Assembly: GCA_965203905.1 (NCBI GenBank)
Contig: CBDBDQ010000005.1
Span: 6,432,001-6,496,000 of the forward strand
Length of the DNA: 64,000 nucleotides
Reading direction: 5' to 3'
Origin: Spirochaetia bacterium
GTDB taxonomy: Bacteria; Spirochaetota; Spirochaetia; SZUA-6; Bin103
Part shown: positions 54,076 to 64,000 of the stretch, in pieces
How positions within the stretch are numbered: the first letter of the stretch is position 1
Layout of the letters: the number at the start of each line of letters is the position of its first letter
Program-made: the position numbers and the translations under genes
Notes under the pieces: generated by a model
Database searches by the model: none
What the model saw: only the letters and a program-made list of their open reading frames with translations
What the model was told of the DNA's origin: nothing

Positions 54076-54908
54076 TCTTTCTGTAAATCGGCGAGCAGCG
54101 CTTCAACTGCCCGAAACGGGATGGGAAGCTCACGAATCTCATCTGCGGTAAGGTAGGGCGTAAGCCTTGCGAGCGTACGATGTGCGGAATTCCTGACATG
54201 AGATCGCCGGAACCACGCATCTCGCGGAGTCACCTTGTTCTTTTTTGCCCACTGGACGATCTTTTCCCTTAAGGTCTCTTCCTGTGCGGAAGACCACTTG
54301 GCAAGTATCCCGCGCGCCGCAATCTCGCGACGGAATTCCGATAGAGGATTTGTCGAACGATTCAACGTATCCAGCAGCGGCTGCTGATCGTCTGGCGGCA
54401 GCGTCCTCACGAATTCCTGGCGATAGAGAATCAGACGTTCAAGGGTAGGCTCTTCGACTTCAATTGATTTTCCTTGCGCCTCGTTTGCAGGAACGAACCT
54501 GTCAGTCCCTGGAAGGTACACGTATGGGATCTGAGAGACGCGCGTAAATGCCTGAAAAACATCGCTACGTAGTCCTCCGTGTCTTGATCTAATTTCGCTG
54601 TGAGTTGTTGTCTCCGGGGGAAAATCGGCCCCGTCCAAACCGACGAGGACGTCACTGCCGATACGGGAACGTACCACAACTCCGTTGACATCTGCAACCA
54701 GTTTGGAGAACGAGGCACCGGATTCGGAGACATATCCGGCCACGTCGAAGCCTGCCGATGTTCCAATTGCGACCATCTGTGCTCGCAATTTCGCTCCGGG
54801 AACCATCACCGAGTCGGCGTGTAGCGCACGTAGCGCGTGCTTGGTGATCTTCTCCCAACCGTCCATCGTGGTCATGAGGTAATCCAATGTGGGCATGATG
54901 GAATACAT
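54072..54908 (-). CDS. Hypothetical protein in a lower-GC islet (LOTUS/OST-HTH-like N-terminus, UPF0158-like centre)
   Basis: 278-aa ORF. GAKLR...FDVAGY...SFSKLV resembles LOTUS. Start among several ATGs between 54867 and 54908. Confidence 0.55.
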   Translation of the reverse strand: MYSIMPTLDYLMTTMDGWEKITKHALRALHADSVMVPGAKLRAQMVAIGTSAGFDVAGYVSESGASFSKLVADVNGVVVRSRIGSDVLVGLDGADFPPETTTHSEIRSRHGGLRSDVFQAFTRVSQIPYVYLPGTDRFVPANEAQGKSIEVEEPTLERLILYRQEFVRTLPPDDQQPLLDTLNRSTNPLSEFRREIAARGILAKWSSAQEETLREKIVQWAKKNKVTPRDAWFRRSHVRNSAHRTLARLTPYLTADEIRELPIPFRAVEALLADLQKE

Positions 54909-55217
54909 CAGCCCACATTGTCGAAAAACAATCCTCCTTGCCTACGAAACTGCTGGGACTGAGATGGAACCGCTCGTGCTTAGGCACGGCAAGGATGCCT
55001 AACGAGGGGGCCGTCCGGACAGTTCAAGATTCCCCCGCACGAAATAGCCGATTGAAGGGGAATCAGGGCTACCATACCCTTCTTCGCCCAGGTAGTAAAG
55101 TCGGCCTGCCTCCCTCCCACCACCTCCCACCACCCCACCACCCATCCCACGCTCAGCGTGCGACCGCCAAGATGTGCTGGACCGGGCAATGCCGAACGGC
55201 TCGGCACTGCAGCGACA

Positions 55218-58200
55218 TTAGGTGGGAGGGCGGGCCTCGCTCGGGCTGGTGGCGGTCGCGGACACGGCGGATGCAGGGACCGCGAGCCGGGAGGCTGCCG
55301 CCGCCGGGACTCCGCTTTCGGGAGCCGCCAGCGGCGTGGGGGGCTCATTCGCGGCGCGCGCCGCAGCCGGCGTGAAGATGCGGCGCACCCAGGAGTCCAG
55401 GTCGTCGAACAGCGAGTACATCACCGGCACCACCAGCAATGTCAGGAAGGTGGCGAAGCTCAGGCCGCAGATCACCGCTATCGCCATCGGGCTCCACCAG
55501 GCCGCCTGCTCGCCGCCCCAGTACAGCTCGGGATCGAGTTGCGTGTAGAGGCCCTGAAAGTCGAAGTTGAGGCCGATCGCCAGCGGCACCAGGCCCAGGA
55601 TCGTAGTGATGGCGGTCAGGATCACCGGCCGGAAGCGGGTCATGCCGGCGCGCACGATCGCCTCGTCGCGCGCCCGCCCGTCACGCCGCCGCAGCAGATC
55701 GATGTAGTCGATCAGCACGATGGCGTTGTTGACCACCACCCCGGCCAGGCTGATCACCCCCACCCCGGTCATCACCACCACGAACGGCATGCCGAACACG
55801 GTGAGCCCGAGCAGCACCCCGACCGTGGACAGCACCACCGAGCTGATGATGATGAGCGGCTTGGTCACCGAGTCGAACTGCGAGATCAGGATGAAGGCGA
55901 TCAGGAAGGCGGCGAGGAGGAAGGCCACGAACAGGAAGTCCTGCGACTCCTGCTGCTCCTGCTGCTGGCCGGTGAAGCGCAGCACGTAGCCGCCGGGGAG
56001 CTCGGCCGCGAACGGCGCCAGCAGCTCCTTCACCTCCGCCACCACGGCGTTGTCGTTGTACTCTGCGCGCACGTCCGAGGAGATCGTCACCACCCGGTCC
56101 AGGTCCTTGCGCGTGACGTCGCCCAGGCCGCGGCTGATGTGCCAGCTCGCCACCGATGAAAGCGGAATCTGGGCGCCGCTCTTGGGCACCACCACCAGGT
56201 CTCCGAGGGAGTCGAGGTCCTCGCGGTAGGCGGCCGCCAGGCGCACCCGGATGTCGTACTCCTCCTGGCCGTCGCGGAAGGTGGAGGCTACCCTGCCGTT
56301 GATGGCGCTGCGGATGGTGTCGCCCACGTCGGCGGTGCTCAGCTCGTGCAGCGCCGCACGCACGCGGTCCACCTCCACCACCAGCTCCGGGCGCCCCGCG
56401 GCCATGTCGCTCTTGAGACCGTCCAGCTTGGCGAACAGCGGCGATTCCTCCAGCAGGCGCACCACGCGGTCGCCCAGCCGTTTCAGCTCGGCCGGGTCGC
56501 TGCCGACGATCTCGATGTTCACCGGCAGCCCGGTGGGAGGTCCCATCTCCGGCTCCTCCACCGCCACCACGGCACCCGCGACGTCGGTGCCGGCGTCGGC
56601 GCGGATCGCCTGGATGGTGGCGAACACGTCGCCGGCGCGATCCTCGTAGTCGACGAAGCTCACCGTAACCGATCCCAGGTGACCGCCGCCGCCGCCCACG
56701 GTAGCGACCACCGACTCCACGTCGGCCAGCCCCGCGACGGAAGCGAGCTGCGCCTCCACCCCGCGCACCAGCCGGTCGGTCTGCTCTACCCGGGTACCCA
56801 GGGGCGCCTCCACGTTGATCTGCACCTGGCTCGGCGGGATGTTCTCGGGAAAGAACTCGGTGCCGGTATCGGCGGCGACGAACAGCGCCACCGCGCCGAC
56901 CAGCGTCAGCAGCGCCAAACCCATCATCACCGCCCGCCGGCGTAGCGCCCCGCGCAGCACTGCCTCGTAGCGGCGTACGATCCACAGCAGGCCGTGGTAC
57001 ATCAGCCAGCGGCCGCCCGGCTTGCCCACCAGCTGGTAGAACGCGACCACCAGCACTCCGGTGGCCGCCAGCAGCGCCGCCGTGCGCCAGCTCACCAGGT
57101 AGGCGGCGGCGAGGGCACCGGCCGCCGCCAGCAGGAACAGGACGCGCACCGCGGTCGGCAGCCCGCGGCGGGCTCCGCCCTCGGTCTCCAGCAGCCGCGA
57201 TGCCAGCGTCGGCAGGATCACCAGCGCCACGAACAGCGACGAGCTCAGCGTGATGATCAGGGTCAGCGGCAGGTACTTCATGAACTCCCCGACCAGTCCC
57301 GGCCAGAACGCCAGCGGCAGGAACGCCGCCAGGGTGGTGGCCGTGGAGGCGATGATCGGGGTGGAGACCTCGCCGGTGGCGAAGCGGGCCGCTTCCACGC
57401 CGTCGTAGCCGCGCTCGCGGTAGCGGTAGATGTTCTCCACCACCACGATGGCGTTGTCCACCAGCATGCCCAGGGCCAGGATCAGGCTGAACAGCACCAC
57501 CATGTTCAGGGTGAAGCCCACGAGCTGCATGATCACGAAGGAGATCAGCATGGAGAGCGGGATCGCCAGCCCCACGAACGGCGCGGTGCGCAGGCCGAGG
57601 AAGAACAGCAGGACCGCCACCACCAGCAGCAGGCCGGAGATGATGTTGTTCTCCAGGCTGCTCACCATGCCACGAATGTCCTCCGACTGGTCGGAGGTGA
57701 GCTTGATCACGGTTCCCGGCGGCAGCGACGGCCGCGCGTCGGCGATCACTTCCCGCACCGCTTCCGCGGTTTCGACGATGTTCGCGCCACTGCGCTTGAC
57801 CACCGCCAGGGAGATGACCGGAATGCCGTCCAGCCGCGCGAAGCTGTCGCGCTCCTTGAAGCCGAAGTCCACCTGCGCCACGTCGCGCACGTAGACCGGG
57901 CGGCCGTCGCGGGTCTCGATGACGATGTCGGCGATCGCGGTAGTCGCCTCGAACTCGCCCGGCACCCGCACCAGGTACTTGAGGTCCCCCACGTCGATGG
58001 AGCCGCCGGGCACCGTCACGTTCTCGAACCGCACGGAGTCGCTGACGTCCTCGAACGTGAGGTCGTAGAACTTCAGCTTCGCCAGGTCGACGTCCACGAA
58101 CACCTCGCGCTCCAGTCCGCCCGACAGCGGCACCTCCAGCACGCTCGGAATCTGCTCCATGCGCGCCTGCAGTTCCTCGGCCACTTCCCGCAGCCGCACC

Positions 58201-58718
58201 GGGTTGTAGGGCCCGGCGATGTTGACCTGCATGATGGGAAACTGCGAGGTATTGATCTCGATGATCTGCGGATCGTTGGCGGAGGAGGGCAGCTCCACCT
58301 TGGCCAGATCCACCTTTTCCCGTACCCGCTGCAGCGCCTCGGTCATGTCCATGCCGGCTTCGAACTCGACGTTGATGCTGGAGAACCCTTCGCGCGAGGT
58401 GGAGGAGATGGTCTTCACGTCGGCGATGGTGTTCAGCTCGTCTTCCAGGGGCCTGGTGACCAGCGTCTCGATGTCGCCGGGCGCCACCCCGCCGTATACC
58501 GTGTTGACGATGATGTTGGGGATCACGATCTCCGGCATCGACTCGCGCGGCACCCGCAGGTAGGACGCGAAGCCACTGACGATCAGGATCAGGGTGAGCA
58601 CCACCACGCTGGTGGGATGGCGGATGGCGAAGGAGCTGGGCGCGAACTCCTTGAGCCGGCCGCCGGTGCCCGGTTCGGCCCCGGAGCCGGCCTGCGCAAT
58701 GTCCGTGACCCTTGCCAC
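55218..58718 (-). CDS. RND efflux transporter permease (AcrB/AcrD/AcrF family)
   Basis: LGMLVDNAIVVVENIYR, GVVVNNAIVLID, RFRPVILTAITT, WSPMAIAVICGL. Confidence 0.95.
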   Translation of the reverse strand: MARVTDIAQAGSGAEPGTGGRLKEFAPSSFAIRHPTSVVVLTLILIVSGFASYLRVPRESMPEIVIPNIIVNTVYGGVAPGDIETLVTRPLEDELNTIADVKTISSTSREGFSSINVEFEAGMDMTEALQRVREKVDLAKVELPSSANDPQIIEINTSQFPIMQVNIAGPYNPVRLREVAEELQARMEQIPSVLEVPLSGGLEREVFVDVDLAKLKFYDLTFEDVSDSVRFENVTVPGGSIDVGDLKYLVRVPGEFEATTAIADIVIETRDGRPVYVRDVAQVDFGFKERDSFARLDGIPVISLAVVKRSGANIVETAEAVREVIADARPSLPPGTVIKLTSDQSEDIRGMVSSLENNIISGLLLVVAVLLFFLGLRTAPFVGLAIPLSMLISFVIMQLVGFTLNMVVLFSLILALGMLVDNAIVVVENIYRYRERGYDGVEAARFATGEVSTPIIASTATTLAAFLPLAFWPGLVGEFMKYLPLTLIITLSSSLFVALVILPTLASRLLETEGGARRGLPTAVRVLFLLAAAGALAAAYLVSWRTAALLAATGVLVVAFYQLVGKPGGRWLMYHGLLWIVRRYEAVLRGALRRRAVMMGLALLTLVGAVALFVAADTGTEFFPENIPPSQVQINVEAPLGTRVEQTDRLVRGVEAQLASVAGLADVESVVATVGGGGGHLGSVTVSFVDYEDRAGDVFATIQAIRADAGTDVAGAVVAVEEPEMGPPTGLPVNIEIVGSDPAELKRLGDRVVRLLEESPLFAKLDGLKSDMAAGRPELVVEVDRVRAALHELSTADVGDTIRSAINGRVASTFRDGQEEYDIRVRLAAAYREDLDSLGDLVVVPKSGAQIPLSSVASWHISRGLGDVTRKDLDRVVTISSDVRAEYNDNAVVAEVKELLAPFAAELPGGYVLRFTGQQQEQQESQDFLFVAFLLAAFLIAFILISQFDSVTKPLIIISSVVLSTVGVLLGLTVFGMPFVVVMTGVGVISLAGVVVNNAIVLIDYIDLLRRRDGRARDEAIVRAGMTRFRPVILTAITTILGLVPLAIGLNFDFQGLYTQLDPELYWGGEQAAWWSPMAIAVICGLSFATFLTLLVVPVMYSLFDDLDSWVRRIFTPAAARAANEPPTPLAAPESGVPAAAASRLAVPASAVSATATSPSEARPPT

Positions 58719-58720
58719 GC

Positions 58721-59848
58721 TCAGCGCTCCATCAGCCGGATCATGCTGCCGTCGTCCACCTGGCGGTGGCCGGCGGTGATCAACCGTTCGCCGGCGCTCA
58801 GTCCGGCGGTGATCACGACCTGGTTGGCATACGAGGCGCCGAGCTCGACGCTGCGGGCGCGCGCGGTCACGGAGTCCCCGCTACGCTCGGCAACGAACAC
58901 CTGGAAACCTTCCTCGGTACGCTGCACCAGGTCCTGCGGCACCACGATCACCTGCTCCTGGCGCATGCGCTCCACCTGTACGTTGGCCACCATCCGCGGG
59001 CGGATCAGCCGCTCGGAGTTGTCGAGGATGACTTCGATGGGGATGGTACGGCTGCGCGGGTCGACGCTGGTGCCGACGAACTCGATGACACCGCTGAACT
59101 CGCGTCCCTCCAGCACGTCGAAGGTGATGAGCGCCACCGCTCCCGGCTCGATCGCCAGCGCGTAACGCTCCGGTATGCCCGCCACCACCCTGACCCGGTC
59201 GATGGCCAGGACCCGCAGCAGCCGCGTTCCCGGGGCCACCAGCTCGCCCACCTCGACGTACTGCTCATCGAAGACACCGGCAATCGGCGCGGTCACCACC
59301 GTACGGTCCAGCCGCGTCTCCAGCACCTTGAGGCGGGCGGCACTGGAGGTGGCCTGCGACTTGACCTCCAGCAGGGCGATCTCGGTGCCGATACGCTGAT
59401 CCCACAACCGGCGCTGGCGATCGAAGCGCTCCGCCGAAACCTCGGCGATCGCTCGCGCCTCCTCCACCTGGGCGTCCAGCAACTCGGCGCTGATGCGGGT
59501 CACCGGCTGGCCGCGTGCCACCCGTTCGCCCTTGCCGGCCAGAAACGAGGCGATGGTTCCCGACTCCTCCGCCGACACGGTGACGTCGTGCAGCGCCTCG
59601 ACCTCGCCCACCACGCGGATGTACTGCACGAAGGTGGACGGCACCAGCCGAGCCGCCTCGGCGTTCACCACCCGCGCGCCGAGCGCAAGGGAGGTACGTG
59701 CGGGGGCCGGGGCCGCCGCGGCTTCCTCGCCGCCGGCCTCGTTCGCGGCCTGCCGCTCGCCGCCGGGAAACTGGCTGCACTCGGCCGCCGTGAGGACCAC
59801 CAGCAGCACCGCGCCGAGCGCCGGGTGGAGATAGCGCTTCGCTCGCAT
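58721..59848 (-). CDS. RND efflux periplasmic adaptor (MFP)
   Basis: VSAEESGTI, VTAPIAGV, VDPRSRT, GLSAGERLI. Confidence 0.92.
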   Translation of the reverse strand: MRAKRYLHPALGAVLLVVLTAAECSQFPGGERQAANEAGGEEAAAAPAPARTSLALGARVVNAEAARLVPSTFVQYIRVVGEVEALHDVTVSAEESGTIASFLAGKGERVARGQPVTRISAELLDAQVEEARAIAEVSAERFDRQRRLWDQRIGTEIALLEVKSQATSSAARLKVLETRLDRTVVTAPIAGVFDEQYVEVGELVAPGTRLLRVLAIDRVRVVAGIPERYALAIEPGAVALITFDVLEGREFSGVIEFVGTSVDPRSRTIPIEVILDNSERLIRPRMVANVQVERMRQEQVIVVPQDLVQRTEEGFQVFVAERSGDSVTARARSVELGASYANQVVITAGLSAGERLITAGHRQVDDGSMIRLMER

Positions 59849-59852
59849 CGCC

Positions 59853-61367
59853 TCAGCGCGCGGCGTCGGCCAGCGGTACCCGGCCGATCGCCAGCTCGAG
59901 CCCGGAAGCCGCGGACAGATAGTCGCGAACCGCCTCGGCGTAGCTGACCTGCGCCTCCAGCAGGGTGGATTCGGCGGCGGAAATCTCCGGCTGGCCGCCC
60001 ACGCCGGCACGGTAGCGGGCAGCCGCTATGTCGTAGCTCGCGGTCGCCTGCGCGATGGCGCGCAGCCGGCTGGCGGCGCGGGCGGCGGCGGCCTGCAGGG
60101 AGCCGACGAGGGTATGCACCTGGTTCAACATCTCGCGCTCGGCGTGGCGCAGACGCGCAGCGGTCTGGCGCAGCTCCTCGCGCCGCTGCGCGACCCGGGC
60201 GTCTCGGGCGAAGCCGCTGAACAGCTGCCACTGTATGGACAGCCCGGCCGAGGTGGAGACACGCCACTGGGTATACTCGGGCGGGCCGAACGACGAACCT
60301 CCGGGCCTGCCGAATTCATCGTCCTCGTCTTCGTCCGCCATGCTGAAGTCCACGCTGCCGAACGCGCGGATGGTGGGCAGGTACTCCGCCTCCTGGGCGC
60401 TGACCTGCACCTCGCCGAGCCCGTGGAGGGCGCGCAGTTGCCGCAGGTCGGAGCGGTTGATCATGGCGATCTGCTGCAGCTGCTCGGCGCCGGCGCCGGC
60501 CAGTGCGTCGGCGCCGGAAACCGCCAGCAGATCCTCGTTGGCGGGAATGTTGGCGGCACCCGGGTCAAGCCTGAGCTCATTCAGCGTACCCTGCAGTTCC
60601 GGTGCCAGCAGCGGATCGGTGCCCATGGCCACCAGCAACGCCCCGCGCGCCGCGGCGACCCGGCTCCCGGCCCACAACTGCTGTGCCTGCAGACCGGCGA
60701 GCTGCACTTCCAGGCGCAGCAACTCGTCATCGCTGGCGAATCCCTCGCGGTGTCGCGCCTCGGTCTCGCGCCGGGTCTGCTCCAGTCGCGCGATGCTGCG
60801 TTCGATCAGGCGTACCTGCTCCTGCGCCAGCAGGGCATCGAAGTAGCGTTGCCGCACCCGGTCGACCACCTGCTGCGCGGCGCCGCGCAGCTCCTCGCCG
60901 CGCAACCCGCGCAGCCCTTCAGCGGCATCCAGGCCGCTGAACACGCGAAAGTCGAGCGCCGTCTGGTTGAGCCTGAGGGAACCGGACCAGGCGTTGTCGA
61001 CACCCTGCGGCTCGCGCTGGCTGGCCACCCCGTCGCTCACGACCTGCTCCAGACCGGCAAGGGTTCGCACGTAGGAGGCTTCGACCGAGACCCGGGGGTA
61101 CACCCCGCTGTACGCCTCCCGAATCTGGTGCCCTGCAATGTTCAAGGCGGACCGCGCCGCCTGCAGCTGGGCGCTGTTGGCCAACGCGATCTCCACCGCC
61201 GAGCGCAACGGCAGGGCACCGGAACCAGGCAACTCCTGGGCGCAGACAGGCAGGGCGGCGAACCCGAGAAGCACGGCTGCGGCAATTGAAGAGAGAGAAG
61301 TTGACAAGCTCGATCCTGGCCTGCGGGCCGCATCATGTGCACCGCGACACCGGCTCGCGGCAGGCAT
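59853..61367 (-). CDS. TolC-family outer membrane channel
   Basis: Signal peptide, AVEIALANS, YLPTI, LFSGF, ARYRAGVG, LELAIG; first gene of the TolC-MFP-RND operon. Confidence 0.88.
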   Translation of the reverse strand: MPAASRCRGAHDAARRPGSSLSTSLSSIAAAVLLGFAALPVCAQELPGSGALPLRSAVEIALANSAQLQAARSALNIAGHQIREAYSGVYPRVSVEASYVRTLAGLEQVVSDGVASQREPQGVDNAWSGSLRLNQTALDFRVFSGLDAAEGLRGLRGEELRGAAQQVVDRVRQRYFDALLAQEQVRLIERSIARLEQTRRETEARHREGFASDDELLRLEVQLAGLQAQQLWAGSRVAAARGALLVAMGTDPLLAPELQGTLNELRLDPGAANIPANEDLLAVSGADALAGAGAEQLQQIAMINRSDLRQLRALHGLGEVQVSAQEAEYLPTIRAFGSVDFSMADEDEDDEFGRPGGSSFGPPEYTQWRVSTSAGLSIQWQLFSGFARDARVAQRREELRQTAARLRHAEREMLNQVHTLVGSLQAAAARAASRLRAIAQATASYDIAAARYRAGVGGQPEISAAESTLLEAQVSYAEAVRDYLSAASGLELAIGRVPLADAAR

Positions 61368-61434
61368 CGGCAACGTACCGCCGGGCAGGCTCGAAGTCAA
61401 ACCGGCCGTGTCCGCGTGCCGGGCGGCAGCGCCG

Positions 61435-62487
61435 TCAGGCCTCGGGAGGAGCGTGAACCACGCGCGGGAGCATGCGCTCCAGGTCGGCGGCGTAGGCAAA
61501 CAGCGCCGGCGTGCCGCCGGTGTGCACGAACACCACCGCCTGATCGGCACGGTAGCGGCCCGCGCGCACGTCGGCGACCAGCGCGGCCATCGCCTTGGCG
61601 GTGTAGGCGGGGTCGAGCAGCACGCCTTCCAGACGCGCCAGCAGCGCCAGCGCCTCCATGCCGTCCGCGGTGGCGCGGCCGTAACCGGAGCCGACGTAGC
61701 CGCCGTCGACCGACACCTGTTCCGGCGTCAGGGCGGCGGGCAGGTCGAGCAGTCGCGCGGCGTCGTTGGCCATCTCGGCGATGCCGGCAGCCTCGTCCCA
61801 GGGCCAGCGGATCGGCAGGATGCTGTGCACCGGACAGCGCGCAGTGAGCAGCGCGGCACCCAGGCTCAGGCCCGCCCCGGTGGCGCCACCGGCGCTGGTG
61901 TAGACCGCCGCCGGGGTCACCTGCCGCTCGCGGAGCTGATCGTCGACCTCGGCCATGGCCAGCACGTAGCTCACCGCCGCACGCCCCCACAGCGCGCGCG
62001 AGTGCTCGTACACCACCCGCCCCGCGGCGCGGAACCGCTGCGCGCGCTCGGCGATCACCGCGTCCAGCGCCGGACCGATGGTGGCGTCCACGAACTCGTA
62101 GCTGGCCCCGGCGATGTGGTCCAGCAGCAGGTTCCCCTGCAGCTCGGTGCTGCTCTCGCCGCGCGCCAGCACGAGGTGGATGTCGAGGCCGAGCCGCGCG
62201 CACGCCGCCGCGGTCTGGCGGCAGTTGTTGGACTGCACGCCGGCGCCCCAGACCACCAGGTCGGCGCCATCCGCCAGCGCCTGGCCGAGCAGGAACTCAT
62301 TGTGGCGGGTCTTGTTGCCGCCGAAGGCGAGGCCGGTGCAGTCGTCACGCTTGATGAAGATGCGCGGGCCGCCGAGGCGCTCGGCCAGCCGCGGCAGTTC
62401 CTCCAACGGCGTCGGCAGATGGGCCAGGGCCACGCGCGGCAGAGCGGCGGCGCGTTGCCGCAACTGATCGCTGGTAATGGTAGACAT
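61435..62487 (-). CDS. PLP-dependent D-cysteine desulfhydrase / ACC deaminase family protein
   Basis: PTPLE, IKRDDCTGLAFGGNKTR, VQSNN, LLDPAYTAKA, FVHTGG. Confidence 0.9.
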   Translation of the reverse strand: MSTITSDQLRQRAAALPRVALAHLPTPLEELPRLAERLGGPRIFIKRDDCTGLAFGGNKTRHNEFLLGQALADGADLVVWGAGVQSNNCRQTAAACARLGLDIHLVLARGESSTELQGNLLLDHIAGASYEFVDATIGPALDAVIAERAQRFRAAGRVVYEHSRALWGRAAVSYVLAMAEVDDQLRERQVTPAAVYTSAGGATGAGLSLGAALLTARCPVHSILPIRWPWDEAAGIAEMANDAARLLDLPAALTPEQVSVDGGYVGSGYGRATADGMEALALLARLEGVLLDPAYTAKAMAALVADVRAGRYRADQAVVFVHTGGTPALFAYAADLERMLPRVVHAPPEA

Positions 62488-62768
62488 GGTTCTCCATCCG
62501 CAGCCTACCACGTTGTTCGGATCGCGGGCGTCGTGCCATTCGCTGGGCCCGCTGGGCGGTGTCCCGGTGCCGGTGGACGATGGCCGGGTATTCCAGCGCG
62601 TAGTCTGACCGAAGCCGCCGGTTACGGTACTCGGTGCGTCCAGAGGAATCCGTCAGCCTCCATGGATTGATGTACATTCCGATTGGGGTATACTTGGACT
62701 TGGAACGACAATATGGCGATATCAGTCTCGACTACGGGGCCGTGCTAGATCCTGGTGGATTTAACGTG

Positions 62769-63905
62769 ATGACCGAGAATCGCATTCGGATCTTGGAAAT
62801 CGGCAATTTCAAGAGCATCGACACGCTCCGAATACGCGCGCTCTCGCCGTTCTCGGTATTCGCCGGATCGAACGGATCAGGCAAGAGCAACTTTGTCGAT
62901 GCTCTCGACTTTGTCAGCGTTTTCGTACGTCACGGAATAGAAGCCGCGTTGCACAAGCATGGTGGAATCCAGAATATCCGTTCCCGAAAACGTCAGGCCA
63001 CTGCAGCTCGTCAGTTCAGTTTTTCTATCAGTTGTGAATTTGTCGATGGACACGAACAGGTATCGGTGTTCGATTACTCTCTCCGCATACATGACCTTTA
63101 TCGAAACCCTGTGCCAGAGGAATTTCTTGATATCGACGGAACTCGAGTTCTTTCCCGAAAAAGACGCAGTGGGTTCATCCATCTGCGGGAGAATCCTGAG
63201 ATCCAACGATTTCCGGACATATATTCTTCCTTGTCGCTGCTACCGGACAATAAGCTCACCAGGTTTCTGAAGCACTTGAACGTATATCGGATCGATCCCG
63301 TTGACGCCAAGGCGACCGACAAGAGCAACGTCGATGCGACACGATTAGCCAGCGACGGTAGCAATCTGGCGAGTGTCTTGCGGCGTCTGGAGAGTAACCG
63401 CGAGGCCTCCGCAGACATCCTGGACTGGATGCAGATGATTGTTCCGGGAGTGGCCACGATTCAGACTCGGCAGCGAACCGCGGACAACAGTACCGCCCTT
63501 TTGTTCGAGGAAACCGGGTCTGCGAAGCGGTTCCCAGCGAACCTCGTCTCCGACGGCACGGTTTATGCGCTCTGTATGCTGGTTGCCGTGCTTGGAGCTC
63601 CGGCCGGGAATGGGATGACGTTGATCGAGGAGCCGGAACGAGGCTTGCACGCCAAGGCTATCCGTGAGCTGGTGGATCTCATGCGCCAGCAAGCGTCGTC
63701 CGACCGTCCCATCTGGCTGACCACGCATAGCGAGTCGGTAGTTCGGGCACTTCACCTCAGCGAGCTAGTGCTAGTGGACAAGGTGGATGGGAACACGACC
63801 ATGAAGCGAGCCGATAGTGGGAATCTGAAGCAGCATGATCTTGCCCCCTTGACCGTTGACGAGGCGTGGCTGACAAACCTCCTGGATGGTGGGCTGCCGT
63901 GGTAA
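62769..63905 (+). CDS. ABC-type (AAA_21/AAA_15-like) ATPase, lower GC
   Basis: NFKSI, Walker A GSNGSGKSN, signature VSDGT, Walker B IEEPERGLH, H-loop TTHS. Confidence 0.9.
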   Translation: MTENRIRILEIGNFKSIDTLRIRALSPFSVFAGSNGSGKSNFVDALDFVSVFVRHGIEAALHKHGGIQNIRSRKRQATAARQFSFSISCEFVDGHEQVSVFDYSLRIHDLYRNPVPEEFLDIDGTRVLSRKRRSGFIHLRENPEIQRFPDIYSSLSLLPDNKLTRFLKHLNVYRIDPVDAKATDKSNVDATRLASDGSNLASVLRRLESNREASADILDWMQMIVPGVATIQTRQRTADNSTALLFEETGSAKRFPANLVSDGTVYALCMLVAVLGAPAGNGMTLIEEPERGLHAKAIRELVDLMRQQASSDRPIWLTTHSESVVRALHLSELVLVDKVDGNTTMKRADSGNLKQHDLAPLTVDEAWLTNLLDGGLPW

Positions 63906-64000
63906 CCGTTGGGTTCGTGGTCGAAGGAGCATCCGAGTCGGAACTGGTGAAGAGTGACATTTTTTGCAACTGGCTACGGCAACATGGAAATATGATAGTC
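63899..64000 (+). CDS. TOPRIM-like / DUF4276-like partner of the ATPase, N-terminus only (runs off the window edge)
   Basis: Not in the ORF track. GTG overlapping the ATPase end reads MVTVGFVVEGASESELV, a hhhVEGxSE motif. Confidence 0.6.
   Translation, partial: MVTVGFVVEGASESELVKSDIFCNWLRQHGNMIV

Overview
High-GC chromosomal segment, most likely from a spirochaete (Spirochaetia). That assignment is inferred from the gene order mraZ-rsmH-ftsL-murF-ftsW-ftsQ-ftsA-ftsZ-xerD-dprA-xerC-hslV-hslU-fla genes-fliA-M23 peptidases and from spirochaete-style FlhB, FliF and FlhA sequences. Most of the window is housekeeping: fusA, secA, the dcw cluster, recN, nadK, pcm, tRNA-Ile, ahcY, adk and metG, plus a TolC/MFP/RND efflux operon. 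The main observation is a pruned flagellar operon. Only fliF, fliM, fliN, fliO, fliP, fliQ, fliR, flhB, flhA, flhF and fliA remain. flgBC-fliE, fliG-fliH-fliI-fliJ-fliK-flgD-flgE-motAB-fliL and flhG are absent from their syntenic positions, and each gap carries a sigma70-like promoter. The retained ORFs are intact but lack motility-specific modules: FlhB has no NPTH autocleavage motif, FlhA appears to have lost its D2 chaperone-docking domain in frame, and FliM has no CheY-binding N-terminus. This suggests a repurposed, non-motile flagellar-type export platform adjacent to two LysM-M23 peptidases that may be sigma28-driven, although the missing genes could lie elsewhere in the genome. Other leads are a structured RNA leader upstream of bioY, two lower-GC candidate defence or toxin-antitoxin pairs, a Thermus/Deinococcus-type MetRS, and AT-richer patches inside secA and murF. 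All calls come from reading motifs; no database searches were run.
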